A stretch of 64,000 nt of DNA from Dehalococcoidia bacterium. GTDB lineage: Bacteria > Chloroflexota > Dehalococcoidia > Bin125. Position numbers and translations under genes: made by a program. The DNA lies in assembly GCA_963663895.2 (NCBI GenBank), contig CAXXRD010000001.1, positions 384,001 to 448,000 of the forward strand, given 5' to 3'. Shown piece by piece: positions 58,717-64,000 of this stretch. The notes under the pieces were generated by a model. The model was not told where the DNA came from. It was given only the letters and a program-made list of their open reading frames with translations, and made no database searches. The number at the start of each line of letters is the position of its first letter. The first letter of the stretch is position 1.

Positions 58717-58737
58717 GCGCACGCATACTCCGCCATT

Positions 58738-59568
58738 ATGCGGACCGATCCGCTCGCCTCCTTTCCGAAGCGCTCAGTTCGTTCCGTGCCGGCGATTTCG
58801 AGCGAGCAGATGCGCAAGGTCGATCGGCTCGCGCTTCGCGATGCCGGCCTCTCGCTGCCGCAGTTGATGGAGAACGCCGGGCGTTCACTGGCACGGGTCG
58901 TCGACGCCTACCTACAACGAGGCAGTCCGGCGGAAAGCGGGGCAGCGCCGCAGAACTCCGAAGCGGCGCGGCACAAGCCGATTCTCGTGCTGGCCGGCAA
59001 CGGCGGCAACGGGGGCGGGGCACTCGCCGCCGCACGTCATCTCCGCAACTGGGGACAGCCGGTCCAAGTGGTGCTGAGCGCGCCGCCCGGCAATCTCAGC
59101 GAAGCGACGGCACAACAGTTGCGAGCGCTGCACAAAGATGGCCTGCGGGCACTCTGGCCGGCCGCTCCCGAGTTCGACGCGCGCTTTCCAGAGTGGCTGC
59201 AGGAAGCAAGCCTCGTCGTGGACGGCTTGATCGGGTACGGCCTGCGCGGGCCGCTACAGGGAGATCCAGCCGTGTTGGTGGAGGCAGTGCTGGATCGAGC
59301 GCCGCCAGTAGTCGTGTCGCTAGACGTGCCCAGTGGTTTCGATGCCAGCAGCGGGGCGGGCGCGGCGAGTGGCGTGGTTGCGACCGCGACAGTCACACTG
59401 GCGCTGCCGAAGACCGGCCTCTTGCAAGGCGATGGAGCCGCCGCGGTCGGCGAACTCCTGCTCGCCGATCTCGGGATTCCCGCCTACATCTACGAACGGC
59501 TCGACATCGACGGTGTCCGGGGATTGTTCGCATCGGGGCCGATCCAGCACCTGGTCGAGGAGGAATAA
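58738..59568 (+). CDS. nnrE: NAD(P)H-hydrate epimerase (YjeF N-terminal)
   Basis: LMENAG, GNGGNGGG, VDGLIGYG, SLDVPSG, ADLGIP. Confidence 0.9.
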   Translation: MRTDPLASFPKRSVRSVPAISSEQMRKVDRLALRDAGLSLPQLMENAGRSLARVVDAYLQRGSPAESGAAPQNSEAARHKPILVLAGNGGNGGGALAAARHLRNWGQPVQVVLSAPPGNLSEATAQQLRALHKDGLRALWPAAPEFDARFPEWLQEASLVVDGLIGYGLRGPLQGDPAVLVEAVLDRAPPVVVSLDVPSGFDASSGAGAASGVVATATVTLALPKTGLLQGDGAAAVGELLLADLGIPAYIYERLDIDGVRGLFASGPIQHLVEEE

Positions 59569-59569
59569 G

Positions 59570-60304
59570 CTATCGCCCGGCCCGTGCTCGGCGAGCCTCG
59601 CTCCACTCGACTGCGAATCTCTCGGCGCGGCCTCCGTCGCTTCGCGCGTAGCGACAGCGACGGCGCATGGGGCAGCGATCGCAAGCCGGCCGGCGGGCCG
59701 TGCAGAGCTGCGCGCCGAGATCCATCAGGCCTTGATTGAAAGCCCACCCGTCGCGGCGGGGGAGCAGGGCGCTGGCGAGAGCCCAGAGTCGATGCTGCCG
59801 ATCGGCAGGCGAGTCGTGTTTGGGCAGAGTCCCGGCGAACCAACGGGAGAGGACACGAGAGACGTTCGTATCCACGATCGGCTGGGGCCGGTCATAAGCG
59901 AAGGTCATGATGGCGCCAGCGGTGTACCGCCCGACGCCCGGCAGATCCATGAGTTCCGCGCTCGTCTCGGGGAGACGACCGGCACGATATTCGACGGCGT
60001 CATCGGCAATGCGCTTAATCCAGCCGCCTCGCACCTTGTAGCCGAGGGGATCTGTCACCGCCTTGACCTCCTGCAGCGAAGCGTGGGCAACGTGCTCGAT
60101 CGTGGGGAAGCGATCGAGGAATTCCTCGTACACCTGAGCGACACGCGGAACCTGTGTCTGGTGCAACATGATCTCCGAAACGAGGATGCGATAGGGGTCG
60201 CGCGTCCGGCGCCAAGGCAAGTCGCGCCCGTGCGCGCGAAACCAGCGCAGGAGGTTGCGGCGGTAGTAGCGCAGGCGCGTCGGATCGATGTGAGCCTCTA
60301 GCAC
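59570..60304 (-). CDS. mutY: A/G-specific adenine glycosylase (short form)
   Basis: RDLPWRRTRDPY, SEIMLHQT, LPGVGRYTA, VDTNV, C-X6-C-X2-C-X5-C. Confidence 0.9.
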   Translation of the reverse strand: MLEAHIDPTRLRYYRRNLLRWFRAHGRDLPWRRTRDPYRILVSEIMLHQTQVPRVAQVYEEFLDRFPTIEHVAHASLQEVKAVTDPLGYKVRGGWIKRIADDAVEYRAGRLPETSAELMDLPGVGRYTAGAIMTFAYDRPQPIVDTNVSRVLSRWFAGTLPKHDSPADRQHRLWALASALLPRRDGWAFNQGLMDLGAQLCTARRPACDRCPMRRRCRYARSDGGRAERFAVEWSEARRARAGR

Positions 60305-60422
60305 AGGTCTAGCGGAATCCTAAAAGGCCACACATGCCGCGGCCAGGACCGTCCACGCATCCCCTAGACTCGCGTCTAATGTCCCGCGTACCCGTTCTCG
60401 CCCGCCCGCTGCGACAGCTTTC

Positions 60423-61470
60423 GTGATCCTCGGGATCGGCCTTGCCATCGCCTCCGCGGCGATCTGGGCACTCTCCAGCACACTGCTGGCAAGTCAGACC
60501 AAGCGCGTCGACACGATCACGATCAGCGCGCTGCGTGCCTTCTGGGCGGTGCCGTTTTTCGCCGTGGCGCTCGTAGCGAGCGGCGCGACGGACAAGGTGA
60601 CGGAGATCACGGCCAGCGACTTCGTGCAGATCCTCGGGCAAGGACTGGTTGGTCCGACGATCGGAGACACGCTCTATGTCGCCGCGATCGCGATGCTGGG
60701 GATGACGCGCGCCTTCACCTTGACGACGGCACTGTTCACGCTGCTGGCGTATGTGTGGTCCGCGATCTTCCTCGGCGAATCGGTCTCCTGGCAGGTCGGG
60801 CTCGGGTCGGTGCTCGTGATCGCGGGCGTCTACCTGGTCGCCGTCTACGGCCGCCCCAGCAAGACGCAGACCCACGAACCTAGCACCGCCGGCCGGCGGT
60901 GGGGCCTGCCCATGCTGCGGCGTCCGCCCAGCGCGGGCGGGAGCAGCCAACGGTCAGACCCGCCGGAGAGCGGCGCGACGCCGGAGCCGGGACTCCACAG
61001 CGTCCACGCCGTGCGGCTGCCGCTCTACGGATCGCTTCCCGCCAGCTTCCGGATGGGGCTCATGTTGGCACTCGTGGTGGGAGTGATGTGGTCGGCGTCG
61101 TCGGTGTGGCTGCGGGGACATATCTGCGGATTACGACGCGTCGGCCGTTGGGATGGTGCGCGTACCGATGATCGCGGCGATCCTGCTGCTCGCCGCGTGG
61201 ATCGTCCGCGACTCGGGAGTGCGCCGATGGAGTGTGTCCCTGCGCAGCCATGTCGCGCTGGCCCTGTCGGGGATCTTCGGGACGGGACTGACAACCCTGT
61301 TCTTCATCATCGCCCTGCAACGTATCGGCGCGGGCCAGACGGCGGTGCTGTTCGCGACTTCGCCGCTCTTCGCGTTGCCGATGGGATACCTGTTTCTGCA
61401 CGAGCAGATCACTATTTGGGTAGCGGTCGGAACGGGGATCGCAGTCGTGGGGATCGTACTGCTGGCATAG
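60423..61470 (+). CDS. DMT/EamA family transporter with apparent +1 G frameshift at 61114-61117 (likely homopolymer error)
   Basis: Two EamA halves; removing one G gives WLRDISADYDASAVGMVR, joining the two ORFs. Confidence 0.8.
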
Positions 61471-61705
61471 GATTCGATTGAGATCCGGTCAGCAGGCGCG
61501 CAAGTTTCAGGTCGCGACCAGCGCTAGCCGCGCTGTCAATCGATCGGCGGCGCTCCGCTCCACGGAGCGTGCGCAGGCTGATCGGACGGCGCCGGCGAAG
61601 CACCGCGAGCGCTTCGGAGCCGCAAGGTCCAGCGGCATCGGAGCTTGCCACCACCCAGCGGTCGGGCGATTCATCACCCCGATCGCACCAGCTACCATCA
61701 ACGCG

Positions 61706-62734
61706 ATGACGCCCGCGTTGCTCCTGTGTGGCGGCCGCGCCACGCGCTTGCGTCCGCTGAGCGACGATCTGCCCAAGGCGCTGATGCCGCTGGGCCCCAC
61801 CTGCGTCTTCGAGCTACAGCTCCTCTGGCTCCGGCAACACGGCGTCTCGGAGATCGCGGTGGCGGCGGGCGGGGCGACGGACGCCATCCAGGAGCGGTTC
61901 GGCCGGGGCGATGGCTTCGCGGTAAACCTCGCCTACGTTCCCGAGCAGGAGCCGCTCGGATCGGGCGGCGTCCTGCGCACGGCCGCTGCCAACTGGCGAG
62001 AGCCGTTCTGGGTGATCAACGGCGACGTGCTAACCGCGCTGGACCTCCCGCTCATGGCGGAGCAGCACACCGCAACGGGAGCGACAGCGTCGATCGCGCT
62101 CGCCGCAGTCGACGACGTGAGCGGGTTCGGCGCGGTCGAACTGGGACCGCGCACAGAGATCTTGCGCTTCGTGGAGAAGCCGCATCCGCAAGAGGCGCCA
62201 TCCCACTTCGTCAACGCGGGCGTGTGGCGGGTCGAGCCCGACGCCCTCGCGTTGCTCCCGCCGAGCGGCTTTGCCTCGGTCGAGTACGACCTATTCCCCG
62301 CGATCCGAGCGCAGGGAAGGCGGCTGCAGGGTTTCCTCATCGACGGGTACTGGCTCGATCTGGGAACGCCGGAACGCTACCGGCACGCGGCCATGGACTT
62401 CGTGGCCGATCGCGTGCCCACGCCGGGACGCTGGCCGGAAATCAGGGACGGGCGATTCATCGGCAGGGGATCCACAGTCGGAGACGCCGCGACGGTTACC
62501 TCTTCGCTCGTCGGCGCGCGCTGCGACGTGCGCGCGGGGGCGCGGATCGAACGCTCCGTGCTGTGGGACGAGGCCGACATCGGCGCGGGAGCAACGGTGC
62601 GCGATTCGATCATCGGCAGCGGCGCGCGCATCGCCTCGGGCGTCACGATCGATGGGGCGGTCGTGGGCCAGCGGTCGCTGGTCACGCGGGACCTGGCACC
62701 GGGTGAACAGGTCGCCACGAGAAAGCGCGCCTAG
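61706..62734 (+). CDS. NDP-sugar synthase (mannose-1-phosphate guanylyltransferase-like)
   Basis: GGRATRLRPL, PKALMP, EPLGSGG, NGD, FVEKP, YWLDLGTP, hexapeptide-repeat tail. Confidence 0.9.
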   Translation: MTPALLLCGGRATRLRPLSDDLPKALMPLGPTCVFELQLLWLRQHGVSEIAVAAGGATDAIQERFGRGDGFAVNLAYVPEQEPLGSGGVLRTAAANWREPFWVINGDVLTALDLPLMAEQHTATGATASIALAAVDDVSGFGAVELGPRTEILRFVEKPHPQEAPSHFVNAGVWRVEPDALALLPPSGFASVEYDLFPAIRAQGRRLQGFLIDGYWLDLGTPERYRHAAMDFVADRVPTPGRWPEIRDGRFIGRGSTVGDAATVTSSLVGARCDVRAGARIERSVLWDEADIGAGATVRDSIIGSGARIASGVTIDGAVVGQRSLVTRDLAPGEQVATRKRA

Positions 62735-62914
62735 CCCAAGCGAAGCTGCCGCCTCCAGCAGCAGGCTAATCCGGCAAGCGGCATCTAAAACCAGCGGTCG
62801 CGACCCAGAGCGCCCTCGTCACTCGCGCAGAGAGGTTTTCCTCGTACCGTCCGCGGTGGAAGCCGTAAGCGACTTTGCCCACCCCCGATCAGCCGATAGG
62901 CTGGTAGGGGTGCT

Positions 62915-63120
62915 GCAAGCAGCACGGGCGGGCGAACGGACTGAGACCAAATCCCATGGCGGATTGGCGCGCGACCTTCAGCCGCTGGGTCGCAGGACAA
63001 CTTCGACTACTCGCGCAGTGCCGCAAGCGGCCCGTGTGGACGAGCGGACTCCGGCTGACTCCTCCAGCGGACTGGCGGGCGACCTGCAACCGCTTGGTCG
63101 CAGGACGGCTGTGGATACTC
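62915..63120 (+). repeat. Degenerate tandem repeat with 108-nt period across the sortase 5' end
   Basis: ADWRATFSRWVAGQL vs ADWRATCNRLVAGRL. Confidence 0.7.
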
Positions 63121-64000
63121 GTGACCATCGGCGGCGCCGTGGCCGTCTTCCTGATCACGTTCACGATCGTCGGCGCCCTGCGAGGCGGCGACGACGCGCC
63201 CGCGCCTGCCGCCGCCACTGCCACATCGGTCGAAGCGGACCCGTCCCCGCCAGCGCCTTCAGTCCCCGGCACGGTCGCGCCTGCCGATCCCGTCGCGGTC
63301 CCGGTCGTCGCGAGCGACTCCGAAGAGGAATCAGCGCCGGAGCAAACGCCGACGCCGGCGCCAGCGTCCGGGACGGCGCCGGAGCCGCCAGGCGAAGAAC
63401 GAAGCGAGCCCCCGCGCCGCAACGTCCCGCTGCCCGCCTTCGACGAGTCGTCGCTGATCATGGGGAATGCCGGCAACCACGGGGCGATTCTGGTCGGCCC
63501 CGGGATCGTCGAGAGCAGCTCCCCCGACCACAAGACGGACTGGGTCATGCTGATTCCGTCGGCGCGGATCAAGGCGGCCCTCGTGCGGGTCGGGTTAACG
63601 CCTTCCCGAGCGCTCGGCGCTCCCGACAACCCCTACGTGATCGGTTGGTGGGAAAACGGCCCGGCGCCGGGCCAGCCCGGCAACGTGTTGCTGGACGGGC
63701 ACCGCGACTTCACCGACAAGGACGGGAACCAAGGGCTGGGCGTATGTTGGTTCCTGGCGGAAACGCAAGAGGACGACTTCGTGCTCATCCGCGACAACGC
63801 CCAAGAGGTCCACCACCTCTATACGGTGACCGAGGTCGTGTCCTTGCCGTGGAACTCCGAAGACGGCATCGCCTATCTCGCCTCTTCGCCGGACCCGATC
63901 CTCACGCTCGTGACTTGTGAAGGGTCCTTCGACGAGAACACGCACAACTACTCCAACCGCCGCATCTTGGTCGCCGCGCTCACGGACTCGATCACGTTCG
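62956..64000 (+). CDS. Class F sortase, truncated by window end
   Basis: TM anchor, Pro-rich linker, GPAPGQPGNVLLDGH, LTLVTC, NRR catalytic His/Cys/Arg. Confidence 0.88.
   Translation, partial: MADWRATFSRWVAGQLRLLAQCRKRPVWTSGLRLTPPADWRATCNRLVAGRLWILVTIGGAVAVFLITFTIVGALRGGDDAPAPAAATATSVEADPSPPAPSVPGTVAPADPVAVPVVASDSEEESAPEQTPTPAPASGTAPEPPGEERSEPPRRNVPLPAFDESSLIMGNAGNHGAILVGPGIVESSSPDHKTDWVMLIPSARIKAALVRVGLTPSRALGAPDNPYVIGWWENGPAPGQPGNVLLDGHRDFTDKDGNQGLGVCWFLAETQEDDFVLIRDNAQEVHHLYTVTEVVSLPWNSEDGIAYLASSPDPILTLVTCEGSFDENTHNYSNRRILVAALTDSITF

Noticed and set aside
58320-58730. tmRNA, RNase P RNA, SRP RNA or group I/II intron as the identity of the structured region
   Set aside because: I found no tRNA-like ends or tag frame, no GAGGAAAGUCC, no SRP GGAAGGAAGCAGC loop and no convincing intron core motifs by eye. 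A covariance search is still needed.
58138-58867. Short ORFs overlapping the riboswitch and structured region
   Set aside because: No recognisable motifs or RBS, and they overlap RNA structure.
62271-63920. 549-aa ORF and other long Arg/Ala/Pro-rich ORFs such as 16968-18362 and 3830-5044
   Set aside because: These are alternate-frame or antisense shadows of recognisable genes, expected in high-GC DNA.
1-64000. CRISPR array or rRNA
   Set aside because: No regularly spaced short repeats and no rRNA-like sequence were seen.

Overview
GC-rich bacterial chromosome segment. Gene content points to Chloroflexota, probably Dehalococcoidia or SAR202-like and possibly host-associated; this is an inference from the many LLM paralogs, DUF6391, class F sortase, T-box and FN3-type surface protein. 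(1) 1-19.3 kb is housekeeping: fusA end, LLM, methyltransferase, tyrS, ribF, scpA, a Trp T-box-controlled trpE-CMD-trpG-trpD-trpC-trpF-trpB-CPBP-trpA-aroH-aroF run, and tyrA-aroA-remA-gmk. (2) 19.5-27.5 kb has envelope genes, tRNA-Arg(TCT) and a variable zone: a large secreted FN3-like protein with an in-frame G20 tract, orphan C-terminal fragments of paralogous domains, and a repeat-flanked BrnT/BrnA pair. (3) 27.5-38.3 kb is a minus-strand nitrogen/signalling block: decayed amt and PII, STAS, REC-PP2C, RsbW-like kinase, solute-binding protein, sensor kinase, then CP-ATP-grasp/alpha-E/transglutaminase. (4) 40-58 kb is a catabolic cluster with 5 LLMs, 2 hydantoinase B, 2 amidases plus a small partner, SDR, hydrolase and ADH. 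(5) 58.1-58.7 kb has a c-di-AMP (ydaO) riboswitch followed by about 400 nt of densely base-paired sequence with no credible ORF, the best candidate for an undescribed element. (6) nnrE, mutY, DMT transporter, NDP-sugar synthase and a class F sortase close the window. All calls come from reading motifs by eye; no searches were run.
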